A DNA stretch of 64,000 bases from Antechinus flavipes (Eukaryota): positions 374,108,001 through 374,172,000 of the forward strand of contig NC_067399.1 of assembly GCF_016432865.1 (NCBI RefSeq), given 5' to 3'. The translations under genes and the position numbers were made by a program. Positions 38,026-51,605 of this stretch are shown piece by piece; the first letter of the stretch is position 1; each line of letters begins with the position of its first letter. The notes under the pieces were generated by a model. That model worked only from the letters and a program-made list of their open reading frames with translations. It was not told where the DNA came from and did no database searches.

Positions 38026-40809
38026 CTGCTCACTGATATAAATGAGTCATTGAGTCATTAGAATGGTTGGGTAAAAGGTGAAGAAATGGAAGGAAGGGAA
38101 GAGAGAATTGAGGGGGCTGAAACTTGCTTGTAAAATATGTTCTCAAGGAGCCAGACTGAGTCATTAGTACTCAATTCATATTTGCCCTAGGAATCCCAAA
38201 TCTTAAAATTCCCCCACCCGCAGCTGTATCTCCAGCTCTGTCCAAAGGACATGATACATCCTGTTTCCTGAGTGACTCACCAAGTCCTAGCCCTAGAGGT
38301 TTGGGGGGGACCTGTGAGACATCCTTTCAGCACAGGCCTTAGCCGTGCGGGTGGATGACTCCAAGTACAAGGTACCAAGCCAATTGGTGACCCTACAGTC
38401 CTATGAAAAAAAGGTCAAAGCACAGGGTGTCTGCATCAATCCCCAATTTTTCATGAGGAGATAATTAAAGGAAATCAAGAGGGAAATTACCCTGTGTCCA
38501 AACACACTCAGAAATTGAAGGGGGGGGGGACCAAAATCCTAGCACATTGTGTAGTTTGCCAAGAAATTAACATTTGATTTTGGAGCTTGGAGAACTTGAT
38601 GCTTTGCACAGAGAGGCATGAAAACCATTCGTCAGTCCCTTTCTCTCCCCATCCTTGAATCTCCATTGCTTAAGTCTCTGGCCTCTTATTTCAACCTGCT
38701 GCCAAATATTGGGAAACCCGCCTCAGTTTTGGATTGATCTCCATTGCCTTTGATCGCCAAATGGATTCTTTCTGCACCTTTCCCCAAGTTCTCTTCGAGG
38801 ATCTAGGGGCCAATGGACAAACCAGAGCCAAATCCCATGTAGGATTCAAAACCGCTATTCTGCAATCTTGCGGAAAATCGGGTATTATTAAACAACTTGA
38901 ATTTCTGGGACACTCATTTTCTCAGATTTTTGCTGTCTGCGCTTCCTCACTCCCAACCTTGCTGGGTTGTGAAATGATTGGGTTTCCTAAGTTTTTGGCT
39001 CTACTGGCTCCATAAAAAATTGCCTCTCACTGAACTTTTTGGTCTATTCTCTGTGGTTTCTCATCTTCTGTTTCCATTAGGAATTTTCCTAAAGAAAGAG
39101 ACATTTAAGTCCCATTGTACTGAACAGTTGGGGGGGGTCTTAGTAATGGATTTGGGTTTTCTTAAAAATGACACAAATTTGAGGGAGAGGGGCTAGTTCT
39201 GTTCAAATGCTGACAAGTTAGTCTATATAATGGGAAAACCACTGGATTTGGAATCAGAGTAACTGAATTCATAACCTGTCTCTGCTACTTACTCCCTATG
39301 TTATTTGGACAAATTTCTTATTCTCTCTGAGCCTCAGTTTTCCAATTTGTCAAAGGAGGAAAGTTAGGATAGATAATATCAAAGGAATTTATAACTCTAG
39401 TTTCCTGCTTCAGTTTCTTTATCTGCTAAATGAGGGATTTGTGCTAGATGAGAGCTAGCAATTCTTTCCAGCTCTGAATCCTATGAATTCCTATGAATGG
39501 AAGAGTCTCTTCTCAGATACATTTATTCTATCTCTTGCATTAGTTCCTTCACCTGGCAGAAATCCTAATTCATATTCTTATCACCTGAAAAGGGTAATAG
39601 TGAATTTGAGAGGTTCAAGGATCCTGGTTCAAATCATAGATTTTATTCTTAACTGGATACGTTGTTTCTATTTGGGCCTCAGTTTCCTCATTTATTATAC
39701 AAGGGGGTTGGAATTCTAAGGTCCCTTTCAGCTTTGCTTAAATTAATAAAAATGCTTTATTTAAAAATTTTAACTTCAAATTAAATGAAAAAATTTAAAA
39801 ATATTTTATTTTGAAAAATACTATAGTTGTTTTCAGAAAATTGCTTCTCCCAACTCTCTTTTAACGAAACCAAAAAATGCATTGAATTTGTAGTGATGGT
39901 GATATAAATAGTATTGTACATTCATAATATCAGAAAGGCAGGGAGGTGGCTTAGTGGATAAAGTACTACACCTGGAGTCAGAAAGACTTGAATTCAAATC
40001 TAGCCTCAGATACTTACTAGCTGTGTGATTGTGGACAAACCATTTAATCTTGTTTGCCTTAATCCACTGAAGAAAGAAAGAGCAAACCATTTCAGATCTT
40101 TGCCAAGATAGCGCTCTATGGGGATCATAAAGAGTCAGATATGACTCAACAACAACAAATTATTAGAAAAACTCCATAGCATTTCCCTTTTGCACTCACT
40201 ATCTTATTTTCATAGTTATTTGTATAATTGTTCTACTTGCTTCTCTCCCTCCTCCATTAAACTATATATCAAAATTTTCAATCAAATAATTTCACTTGTC
40301 TTTTGAATCCCCAGTACCTAGCACAAGATTTTGCATTTACAATGTTTACTGAATGGTTGCTGAATTTAATTTATTTATTTAATTTATTATTCTCCTAACA
40401 GGTCTCCTTACCTCTAGGTTGTTTTTCTGTCTCTCCATCTCTCGATTTCTCTTCTACCTTGGTCTGGCTCCCCAATTCATCCATGATTATACATTACAAT
40501 GCCCCATAGAATTAAAATATAGACTTCTGGATGATCAAAGAATCAGAATAAGCATGGTACAAGATTGGGTCCTTTCTTCCAGCAAGGTCAAAGAATGTCA
40601 TATTTAAAGTTGCTTTATAGATGACCAGAGTCAACTCTGAGTGTGGTGATTCCCCTGCTTGTGCAGGTGTTTACCTGACTAAGATAAAGTCTCAACTTTT
40701 ATTTTAAAAAATTTTAATAATAGCTTTTTATTTTCAAAATATAAGCAAAGATAGCTTTCAACACTCACCTCTGCAAAACCCTGTGTTCCAAAATTTTCTC
40801 CTTCCCTTC

Positions 40810-41270
40810 CTCCCAATTTTGTTCCCCCAGAAAGTCCAAATTCTTTAACCTGGCATACAAGACCCGCTATAATCTGACCCTAATCAACCCTTTTAATCTT
40901 TTTGACACTGCTTCTATTCATGTAACTTACTTCCACCATCTTGGATGATTCACTGTTCTCTGAATACACTCAACACTTTTTATCCTCCAGACTTTATGCA
41001 TAGGCAACTCCCTTTTGTCTAGAATTCTTTTTTCTCATATTCTTTGCCAATTGCAGTCTTATCCTTCTTCAAGGGCCCAGCTCACAGGCTACTCCTTCTG
41101 TGAAATACTACTGCTTTGGGGCTAAAGTCCCATTGCTGGTGATTTTCTCTCTCCTTTGAAGTCTTATTGCACTGTTGATCCCTCTTCTCTTTCTGACTCA
41201 GCATGTACCTTATTAGGCCTTATTATTAGTTGTCATTTCCTCTTTTGAAGGGTCAATTCCTTATAGACAG
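40810..41270 (+). mobile_element. L2 3' fragment
   Basis: CCTTCTTCAAGGGCCCAGCTCACAGGCTACTCC and related L2 3' motifs. Confidence 0.65.
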
Positions 41271-42179
41271 GCATTTATCTTTTTGTCTCTTGCCTAGGAG
41301 ATGAGAAAGCAATTTAATCCAGTGATAAGACTTCTAAAATTGAAGATTGAAGGCCTGAGTTTCCTTTCTGGCTCTGCCTCTGCTATTTAGGGCCTAACTA
41401 GGAAGACTGGGGTATGGCCTGCTATTTAGCGCCTAATAGTAAAAGGTACTTGGTATATTAGTAGGCACTATATAAATGCTTAGTACCTTCCCTCCCTATT
41501 TGTTATTTGTGTGATGGTGGGTCAACACTTCTCTTTTGGCTTCACTTTTCTCACCTATAAAACAAGGAGTTTAGACAAAATGATCTCTAAATCCCATCTA
41601 GCTTCAAACTATAGTTCTGAACACTTCACAAGGAATAGAAAAACTTTGTAAATCTTTAAGAACTAGAAAAAAATGAGTTTATTAGGTTAGTAGGAATTAA
41701 TTTCTTCTTTTCTATGGAGAATGAATATCCTTTAGCCTCATAGAGTCCCCCATAGAGAGGGGTGGTGGGGCCTCCTGTACTATATGCAGTAGGTAGGGGC
41801 TTCTGAATCTCCCATGTTCTTGACTTTCCTGAGATCAGGGAAGGCTACCACTGGAGGGGGGTAGGTTTAGGATTAGGGAGGAGATGGGGGGAAAAGGGTT
41901 GAATTTGAATTCTCTTACTTCCATTTTCAGGCTGCTCCCTAAGCTATGAAAATACTGGGTTATTCCCAACCAGCTGCTGGGCACCAGCCTCTGGCTGAGT
42001 TAATTGTGAATTTTTAAGAAGTCTTGACTTGTTGATGATAAGTTGCCAATAGCAGCCAACTTAGAGTAAATGAGAACAAATGAGGTTTTCATAGCTGATT
42101 CTCTGTTCCTTATTGCTTTCAAATACAAGATGGAAGCATAGAAAAAGAGACCCCCTTGAATCATATCTTGTCCAGAGCC

Positions 42180-42520
42180 AAGGGGAATAATGACAGAGTC
42201 ATAGGCTAGAATATTACAGCGGGCCTAAAAGAGTTTATGCCTGGAAAAAGGGAGGTAATCCTTTTGTCATCTTTTGCCATGGTCAGACCACATGTGGAGA
42301 ATTTCATGTCTAGTTCTAGGCATTGCATTTGAAAAAGGAGATAAATAAGGGGGAGGACATTCAGAAGAGGCTGACCAGGATGGTGATAGAAGTAGAATTA
42401 ATGCTATATGAAGACTGAGTAAAAGAACTAAAGGTGCTTATCTGGAGAAAAAAAGACTTGGGTGGGTGGTGGGAGTATGGGGATGAGACTAGCTCTTTTC
42501 AAATATTTGAGAGGCCACTG
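42180..42520 (+). mobile_element. CR1/L3 3' fragment
   Basis: GGTCAGACCACATGTGGAG...CAGAAGAGGCTGACCAGGATGG...TTCAAATATTTGAGAGGC. Confidence 0.7.
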
Positions 42521-42610
42521 TTTCCATATAGTTCATGGTCCAAGGGAACAGAAAAGTGTCATGTGGTGTCATGAAAAGAGATCTGGTTTCAAATTCTAGC
42601 ACTGCCATTT

Positions 42611-43273
42611 TTTTATTGTAGTAAGTTTATTTATTTTTTTAACACACATTGCTTTATGAATCATGCTGGGACAGAAAATTCAGAATAAAAGGGAAAAACC
42701 ATGGGAGAGATTTAAAAAACACAGAAAAAAGAGGTGAACATAGCCTGTATTGATTTACATTCAGTCTCCTTAGATCTTTTTCTGGATACAGATGGCATTG
42801 TCTGTCCAAAGTCTATGATGATGACTGAACTATGAGAAGAATCAAGCCTTTCATAGTTGATCATTGAACATTCTTGATCATTGTGTACAATGTCTTCCTG
42901 GTTCTGCTTGTTTTGCTCAGCATCAGTTCATGTAAATCATTCCAGGTCTTTCTATAATCAGGTTGTTCATCATTTTTTATAGAAAAATAACATTTCATTA
43001 CCTTCACATATCACAGCTTGTTCAGTCATTCCCCAATTGATGGGTATCCACTTCTTTGCTACCACAAAAAGAGCTGCTACAAACATTTTTGCACAGGTGG
43101 GTCCTTTTACCTCCTTTATGATTTCCTTGGGCTACAGACCCAGTAATGGCACTGCAGGGTCAAAGGTATGCACAGTTTTATAGCCCTTTGGGCATAGTTG
43201 CAAATTGCTCACCAGAATGGTTGAATTATTTCACAAGTTCACCAGCAACACATTAGTGTGCCAGTTTTCCCAC
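42611..43273 (-). mobile_element. Truncated L1 3' end with 15-bp TSD, inserted in a MIR
   Basis: Antisense L1 3' motifs (CAGCATCAGTTCATGTAAATC, CCCCAATTGATGGG). CTAGCACTGCCATTT at 42596-42610 and CTAACACTGCCATTT at 43274-43288. MIR halves lie on each side. Confidence 0.88.
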
Positions 43274-44499
43274 CTAACACTGCCATTTAATACTTGATGG
43301 CAAGCCACCTCATTTCTCTGGACCTCAGTTTCCTAATTTGTAAAATCAAAGGGTTGGAGAAGTTTTCTTCTAAATCTGTGATCCTGTGCTCCCATTGGAT
43401 GGGAATTGCACTAAAGTTTTCAGCTCATTGTAAGGAAATCTTTTCTAATGCTAAGAGCTGTTCAGAAGAGGGAAGTTTTACCTCACAGTTTCCTGTCACT
43501 AAAGGTCATTAGGTGGGCCTTAATGTGGACGATCTCATACTGGGGACACTATATAGGATATTCTTGACCATAATTGGACTTGATGCCCTCTGAGGTCCCT
43601 TCCAACTCTGAGGTTCTGAGATGCTGTCCTTGGAGTGAGAGAGGCAGCTCTGAATGGATGCTACTTTGGAAGTGATGGCGTCTCCCTAGGATAGGTTTTT
43701 AAGTAGAGGCTGGATGATAACCTGTTAAGGATGCTGCAGAAAGGATTTGTGACTAAGCAATTCATTTTTCCTCCAAGAGAGTAGCTTCCTTCTCTGAAAA
43801 ATGAGGCATTGGGCTAGATGAGCTCTAAGATGCTTTCAGTTCCTAAATTCTTGAAGAGAATTTAGACTCAGAGTTGTTCAGAACTGGAAGGGGTCTCAGA
43901 CACCATCTGATCCAAGCTTTCATTTTATAGAGGAAGAAATTTGAAATCCACAATGGGAAAGTGACTTGCTTTACCCTGAGTTAGTGAGTTAGTGACAAAA
44001 CCAGGTGTTTGACATCCCAGAACAGTTATGTGCTTTATCAAGTACCCCCACTCTCCTGACCAGTAACCAATTCCTCTCACTATCTCTGTCCACCTTCACT
44101 GATACTTTTTACTGTCCCAGTTTAGTCCCACAATGTTCAAAATCTTGTTCTATGTCCCCTTTTTGTGGGTTTGTATAAAGTAACTTCGTTTTCTCCTTTG
44201 TTTAGAGGAGCTAAGGCCTGGGAGGGCTTGGGGAATGGGGTGGGATGAGAACAAGAGGGACCTCTCCAGGCTCAGTGGGTGGCTCTGTACTCTAAGCTGG
44301 GATTCCAGGGTTACAATTGCCTGCCTTGGGGAAGGAGATTTTACTGAGACTTAGCCAGGTGTCAGAATGCATTACATGTGAAGTCCTTTGGCAGCAGCAG
44401 GGAGGAGCACACGCCCCCAGGGAAAGGAACCATTCCAGCCGGTTTGTCAAAGAAATTACATCAAGCATGCCTGATTGGTAAAGAATGCAGAAATGTATA

Positions 44500-45185
44500 T
44501 ATATCCCTCTTTTTTGCGTAATTGTTTATATATTAAAAATGTTTTTTGGTTATTCTGAACTTGACAAACACCTGAAACATGATCATTGTGTTATACAAAG
44601 AAGAACAGAAAAAGAGGATTGTATATGAAACCAAGAAAATTACATATTTTTAAAATTATAAATTAAAAGTTAATTCCAAAGATGTGCTACTTGTCTTTGT
44701 GTCCTTCAGAAATCCTTTTGCTTTTATTCTCCCTATGTATTTGTATATATTTCATTGGCACTTTTTTCCTACTTGTGTTCACAATGTTCTTTCCCATCAT
44801 CCCCTCCCCCATTTTGACTTTTCCTTATTCAAATATTCTTCCTTTTAATAAATAAAATTTGTAAACAAATTCACTTATTGACAGCGTCTGTAAATATATC
44901 TCATTCTACACCACTGGACCATCACCTACCTGTTGTTCTTGGTTCTCTGGAAGCATGCATTGATCAGTTCTTAAATCTTTCAAAGTTGTTTTTTCTCCAT
45001 AAGATAGTCATTGTATAAATTGTTCTCTTGGTTCTGCTGACTTCACCCTGCATCGTCATGTGATACTTTCAAGGTTTTTTTCTTTCATCATTTTTTAGCT
45101 TAATAATATTACATTATCCACATACTATAATGTTGATTACCAGAATTCACCAGAGTTAATTCCTTAGTTGATGGGCATCTTCTTA
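44500..45185 (-). mobile_element. Old L1 3' fragment
   Basis: TTGTTCTCTTGGTTCTGCTGACTTCACCCTGCATC and CCTTAGTTGATGGGCATC antisense L1 motifs. Confidence 0.65.
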
Positions 45186-45189
45186 ATGA

Positions 45190-45665
45190 AGGCATTCTTA
45201 TTGCTGAAGGTGGGAAGGGAGAATCTGGAAGGAAGTCAGGGAATCCAGGAAGAGTTGAAAATGTAAAATATACCAAGCTGGTGAATGACTATTGAAAAAA
45301 CATAGAGACCAAGTACCATGTGTGAGGAATAATAAGAAGGCCAGTGTTGCTGTATCATAGAGAATGTTAAGGGGAATAAAGTCTAAGAAAACTAAGAATG
45401 TTGGAAGGGGGATGGTTTTAAATACTGTACAGAGGATTTTATATTTTATCCTGGAGATAATAGTGAACCAAAATAGCTTATTGAATATGGGTGGGAGGTG
45501 TGTGACATGATTAGATCTGAATTTCAGAAAAATTGCTTTGGCAGCTGAATGTAAGATAGATTGGAGTAGAAAGATATGGGGCAGGGAAATCAAGTAGAAA
45601 GCAGTTTCAATAGTCTAGGTATAAAGTAAGGAGAGCCTATATCAGGGTGGCAGTTGTGTAGCTGG
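45190..45665 (-). mobile_element. L2 fragment
   Basis: Purine-rich antisense L2 motifs (AGGCCAGTGTTGCTG, GATCTGAATTTCAGAAAAATTGCTTTGGCAGC). Confidence 0.7.
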
Positions 45666-46190
45666 AAAGATGAGGATAGATACTATATCTTCACTTATTT
45701 TTTCTGGCTCCTTTGGCTTCTTTCAAGATTCAGCGGTTATTTCAGCTTCTGAAACAAGCCTTTCCTGGTTCCCTCTACAGCTAATCTCTCTGATATTCTC
45801 TCCCATTTATACTATTGATCTTAGGGGTGTTGTTCAGTCATTTTCAGTCTCTCTCATTCTTCATAACCACCTTTGTGGTTTTCTTGACAAAGATACGGGA
45901 GAGATTTGCCATTTCTTTCTCTACCTCATTTTTTCAAATGAGGAAACGGAGGCAAATAGGTTTAAGTGATTTGCCTAGGGTCACAGAATTCGAAAGTATC
46001 TGAGGCCAGATGTGAACTTTTAAAGATAAGTCTGTCTGACTTTAGGACTGTTGCTCTATCTATTGCACCAGCCAGTTGCCCTGAGCTTATAATACAAAGT
46101 TCTTTTCAAATTATTTCCTCTATTGGACTGTGAACACTTTGGAATCAAGAGTTTGTATCCTGAGTACTTAGTGCCTGGTATCTGCTTTAT

Positions 46191-47800
46191 AGCTGTACCA
46201 GATCTAAAATTATATTATAAAGCAGCAGTTACTAAAACCATCTGGTATTGGCTAAGAAATAGACTAGTTGATCAATGGAATAGGTTAGGTTCAAAGGACA
46301 AAACAGCCAATAATTTTAATAATATAGTGTTTGACAAACCCAAAGACACCAGTTTCTGGGATAAGAATGCATTATTTGACAAAAATTGCTGGGAAAATTG
46401 GAAATCAGTATGGCAGAAACTAGGCATTGACCCACACTTAACACCGTACACCAAGGTAAGGTCAAAATGGGTTCATGATCTAGGCATAAAGAATGAGATG
46501 ATAAATAAATTGGAAGAGCAGAGGATAATTTACCTCTCAGACCTGTGGAAGAGGGAGGAATTTATGACCAAAGAAGAACTAGAGATCACTATTGATCACA
46601 AAATAGAAAATTTTGATTATATCAAATTGATATACAAACAAACAAATGCAAACAAGATTAGAAGGGAAACAATAAACTGGGAAAACATTTTTACAATCAA
46701 AGGTTCTGATAAAGGCCTCATTTCCAAAATATATAGAGAATTAACTCTAATCTATAAGAAGTCAAACCATTCTCCAATTGATAAATGGTCAAAGGATATG
46801 AACAGACAATTCTCAGAAGAAGAAATTGAAACTATTTATAGACATATGAAAATATGCTCCAAATCATTATTAATCAGAGAAATGCAAATTAAGACAATTC
46901 TGAGATACCACTACACACCTGTCAGATTGGCTAGAATGACAGGGAAAGATAATGGGGAATGTTGGAGGGGATGTGGGAAAACAGGGACACTGATACATTG
47001 TTGGTGGAATTGTGAACACATCCAGCCCTTCTGGAGAGAAATTTGGAACTATGCTCAAAAAGTTATCAAACTGTGCATACCCTTTGATCCAGCAGTGTTT
47101 CTACTGGGCTTATACCCCAAAGAGATACTAAAGAAAGGAAAGGGACCTGTATGTGCCAAAATGTTTGTGGCAGCCCTGTTTGTAGTGGTTAGAAGCTGGA
47201 AAATGAAAGGATGTCCATCAATTGGAGAATGGTTGAGTAAATTGTGGTATATGAACGTCATGGAATATTATTGTTCTGTAAGGAATGACCAGCAGGATGA
47301 ATACAGAGAGGACTGGCGAGACTTACATGAACTGATGCTGAGTGAAATGAGCAGAACCAGGAGATCATTATATACCTCAACAACAATACTGTTTGAGGAT
47401 GTATTCTGATGGAAGTGGACTTCTTCGATAAAGAGAGCCTTAATTGATCAAAGATGGACAGAAGCAGCTACACCCAGAGAAAGAACACTGGGAAATGAAT
47501 ATAAACTGCTTGCATTTTTGTTTTTCTTCCCGGGTTATTTATACCTTCTGAATTCAATTCTCCCTGTGCAACAAGAGAACTGTTCGGTTCTGCACACATA
47601 TATTGTATCTAGGATATACTGCAACCCATTCAACATGTAAAGGACTCTTGCCATCTGGGGGAAGGGGTGGAGGGAGGGAGGGGAAAAATCAGAACAGAAG
47701 TGAATGCAAAGGATAATGCTGTAAAAAATACCCTGGCATGCGTTCTATCAATAAAAAGTTATTAAAAAATTAAAAAAAAGAAAGAAAACACACACACTCA
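46191..47800 (+). mobile_element. Young 5'-truncated L1 (ORF2 C-terminus, 3' UTR, poly(A))
   Basis: AVPDLKLYYKAAVTKTIWYW...CWRGCGKTGTLIHCWWNC (CCHC)...stop at 47409, then a G-rich 3' UTR tract, AATAAA at 47750 and an A-rich tail. The start codon at 46123 lies in flanking sequence and is spurious. No convincing TSD found. Confidence 0.95.
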
Positions 47801-48499
47801 AAAAAAAAATACTGGTTAGCTAAATGATCATGTAGTCTTGTGATTCCTGTATTATTACCATTGAGTTGAAGGATATGAATAAAAACTACTATTGGAAAGG
47901 GAGCTAGGAATTCAGTGTATTAGAAGGAAGCCAAATCAAAATGAGTAACTAAAGATGGAAAGAATGACAAAGGAAAAGTTTAAGATGGAAACAAACTTGT
48001 TAATTATGGAGAAGGCATTGCAAAAAGCACAGTGGAAGGTATGTATATATAGATTTGTCATGAGACATTTACCATGGTAGGATTAAGAAGGATAGTAATG
48101 AAGTAGTAGACTATTGAGATTGGTAATAGGGTTTATACTAATTTGGAGAATTGAGGAAGGAGTCCAGGAATAGTGTCAATATCTGAAGAGAGCCATATTA
48201 TTAGACTGTTCAAGGCTGTCCTTCCTTGAGGTCCACTTTCATAACTGATGGCAATGTAAAGCAAGGCCTCATAATAGGCAGGAACAAGTGCAAGTATAAC
48301 CTGGAGTGTCTGGACAGGAGTTTTAAGTAGGTCAAGTCTAAGAAAAGCTTCCAGAAGGGGTCAGAGTAGGTGATTTAAATTGGGCAAAAGCAAAGTTTCT
48401 TGAAAAGGTCCTTTGGTATAACGGTCCAGAAGCCTGGATCCAGGGCTTCCTTGGTGTTTTTCATCATTTGGCAATGGGCACACCACAACTGTGAACCAT

Positions 48500-49000
48500 C
48501 TATTCAATTATTTAGATATTTATTTCTATAAATAATATTTTGTAGTTGTGTTAATATACTTTATATCTTGATAAGTGAACCTTTAAATATTCTATATATT
48601 TTGTGATAATTTTGCATGAAATTTTTTTATTCCTTACAGCTGGGTCATTTTGGTAATATAGAGAAAAACTGATGATCTATGGAGGTTACTTTATATCCTG
48701 CTACTTTGTTGAAGTTGTTATTTGTTTCAATTAATTGTTAGTTAAATCTCTAGGGTTTTTAAAGTAGATCTCATAATATTATTTAAAAAAAATTATAAGC
48801 TTGTTTCTTCTTAGCCTTTTATTATTGCTATTTCTAATATTTCTAGCATTAGATCACTAATGTTGGTGATAATGGATGTCTTTTCACTTGATCTTAATGA
48901 GAAGGCTTCTCGAATTTTTCCATTATACATCTTTGTTTTAGATAGTTACAGCTTTCTATATTAAGGGAAGGTCTGCTTATTTTTATACTTTTAAATAAAA
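48500..49000 (-). mobile_element. Old L1 ORF2 fragment (antisense)
   Basis: TATATCCTGCTACTTTGTTGAAG...CTAGGGTTTTTAAAGTAGATC, typical antisense L1 ORF2. Confidence 0.65.
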
Positions 49001-49520
49001 AAAAGGAATAATATTATGTGGAGACTTTTATAAACTGATGAATAGGGAAAGGAGTAGGACTAGGAAAATGATTTATATAGTTAAAATAGCACCATAAGTA
49101 AAAATAGCTTTTAAATCTGTAAGAACTAAGATCAATATATGACCATGATTCTAAAGAAATAATGATGAAATATCTTATCCCACTCTTGACAAAGGGGTGA
49201 TGGATTTTTATAGTCAATAGACCTATACCCAATGAAGGAATTTTTTTTTTGGCTTATGAAAATTATTTTATACAAAGCATTTATTTTTTCCCCAGTGGGA
49301 GTGACGGTAGGATGGAGATAATATTATTATTAATTAAAAAGAAAATTAAAAAAATAAAGAGATGGGTAGAGAGTTACAGATGTGGAATATTTCATGTACT
49401 TTCAGATGAAATTACTATATTGTCAGCTTTGCTTAATTATTTTACTTAGTTACATATCAGTACTCATACTATGAAGTTAGTGATGTAAAAACAAAACATG
49501 TCAACTCCCCCTCCCCAAAT
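49000..49520 (+). mobile_element. Old L1 3' fragment (sense)
   Basis: GACCATGATTCTAAAGAAATAATGATGAAATAT...GAGTTACAGATGTGGAATATTTCATGTAC marsupial L1 3' motifs. Confidence 0.55.
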
Positions 49521-49729
49521 ATTTAAAAAGACAAAATCGAAATTGTGCTGCATTTTTATCAAAAGCTTTTTTTTGAAATAATTGATAAAATGAGTTTTTT
49601 GTTGTTATTATGATATATTAAGTCTGTTATTAGGCCAATTCTCTTAGTTTTTAACCTTTAAATATGTTTCTGTAGCTTCTTTATTAGTATTTTATTAAAT
49701 ATTTTTGTGTTAAAATTCATTACAGACAT

Positions 49730-49897
49730 TGTTAGGAGTCCTTAAATTGGGATCAATAAATTTGTTTTTTTTTCCTTGTTTCCTTTGTAATCTTACATAT
49801 TTTGTTAAGTTTTTAAAAACATTTTTTCTGAGGAAGAGACACTAGATTTCACTAGACTTCTAAAGAAGTCCATGAAACAAGGTTAAGATCTAGGCTC
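49730..49897 (-). mobile_element. Degenerate second copy of the same hAT-Charlie MITE
   Basis: TTTTCTGAGGAAGAG...TTCACTAGACTTCTAAAGAAGTCCATG...GGTTAAGA resembles the reverse complement of 26681-26912. Confidence 0.55.
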
Positions 49898-50599
49898 TAG
49901 ATCTAATGTTTTTTTTTTTTTTCTTTCCTTTTTTCGTTTCCTGGTTTATTTGTTGAGCTCATGTTCATATCATAGAAAAAATTGCCCTGTTCCACCCTTG
50001 TGCTATTTATGTAACATTAGAATTGCTTGCCTTTTTCAAAAAGTTAATCTGTAAATCCATTCATTCCTTTTTTTTTCATTTCAGAAATTTTTTATTTAAT
50101 TCATTTTTCTGAAATTGGGTTACTTAACTGTTTTGTTTTTTATTCTATTAATCTGGATATTATATATGTATACAAATTATACTATGTAATAATCAACTGT
50201 GATGGACCTGGTTCTTCTCAATAATGCAGCAATTTGAGACAATTCCAATAGACTTGGGGTAGAAAATGCCACATAGAGAGAGAACTATGGAGCCTGAATA
50301 TGGATCAAAACACAGTATTTTTACTTTTGTTGTTGTTGTTTGATGTTTTTTTTCTTTCTTTGTGTTTTTTCCTCTTCAGATTTTTCTTGCACAATATGAC
50401 AAATGTGGAAATATTTAAAAGAATTTTGTAGAGTTCTCAGGCAAAAATTCACTAATCAGAGAAAGGGGTGTAAGAATGAAAGCATTTCAAGGATGAGAAA
50501 GCTGCTAGTTCAGAAACAGAAAGATCTGGAGAGTTAGAAGTGTCAACAGAGATGTATACAAAGTAGTATACAAAGTTTATTTCATTTATCAGTTTTGTT

Positions 50600-51420
50600 A
50601 ACATCTAATTAAGCAAAATAATTTCTTTTAGTAATATTCTTTATGTCTTTTTATTTAATTTAAAAAATTTTTTTGATACTGGCAAATTGGTTTCCATATC
50701 TTCTCTTTTTAAATCAGATTATCTAACATTTTACACATGNNNNNNNNNNNNNNNNNNNNNNNNNNNNNNNNNNNNNNNNNNNNNNNNNNNNNNNNNNNNN
50801 NNNNNNNNNNNNNNNNNNNNNNNNNNNNNNNNNNNNNNNNNNNNNNNNNNNNNNNNNNNNNNNNNNNNNNNNNNNNNNNNNNNNNNNNNNNNNNNCCAAA
50901 TATTCAAAAATCTTCATGGTCAAGCAATTTTCCCTGATACTCTGCTTGTAATTGTGATTATTCTCTTCCAGGTTTCCACTTTGGTAGTCTTTGGAGTCAT
51001 GATACCTCTTTATTACATTTGGTCTTTATTCTGCTTTAATTGTTGATTTGTGACCTTTTGTTAAATTTCTCCTTCTCCTGCTTTTGTATAAAAAGTTAAG
51101 ATCCTGTTTCCTTTTGACTTTAATGTCCTGGATTCCTGCTGCTGATTTTTACTTTTTCAGGTATATCTGGGTTCTGAATACTGACAGGATTCAGGCCCTC
51201 CTGCATCATCCAAATACAAAATAATGTGGTCTTCAGAGCTCTCTGGGCATTTGAGACACTTGTCAAGTCCTAGCTGTGGGGCTTACTGGTTTGAGGATGC
51301 CAGCTCTTAGATCATTGTCAATGGTTAGATTTACTAGACTGTTGTGAGGTCGAGCCAATGTTCTCACCAAGAACTTTCTCACCAACATTATTTCTTCCTG
51401 TCCCTAGATAAAAGAGTACT
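50600..51420 (-). mobile_element. Old L1/HAL1 5' and ORF1 N-terminal fragment
   Basis: Reverse complement of 50900-51010 resembles 21540-21660 (GACTACC...GGAAA...CCAGAAG...AATTAC). Confidence 0.45.
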
Positions 51421-51499
51421 AAAGAGCTCAGGTGACCTTGAAGCAATTCACATCTGTGTTGACAAGCTTCTGGCCTATTTATCTGTGCTTCTGGTGGAA

Positions 51500-51605
51500 G
51501 AGAAGGAAGGAAATTAGGAAGGAAGGAAGTTGGAAAGGAAGGGAAGAAGGAAAGAAGGGAGGGGAAAAGGAAGGAAGAAAAGGAGGGAGGAAGGAAGGAA
51601 AGAAA
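51500..51605. repeat. GGAA-rich purine simple repeat
   Basis: Seen directly. Confidence 0.9.

Noticed and set aside
37442-38061. Long ORFs containing X runs (also near 50.7, 53.5 and 54.3 kb)
   Set aside because: Artefacts of N gaps.
38326-38372. Small coding exon QALAVRVDDSKYK
   Set aside because: Weak splice signals on both sides and the peptide was not recognised.
41760-41900. G-quadruplex-like G-run cluster (also about 36530 and the L1 3' UTR)
   Set aside because: Common low-complexity feature with nothing indicating function.
46123-46190. N-terminus of the 428-aa ORF as a chimeric host gene
   Set aside because: The start lies in L2-like flank and is only fortuitously in frame with the truncated L1 ORF2.
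49885-49905. AGATCTAG-gct-CTAGATCT hairpin
   Set aside because: Short, and explained by the hAT end plus its TCTAGA-like target site.
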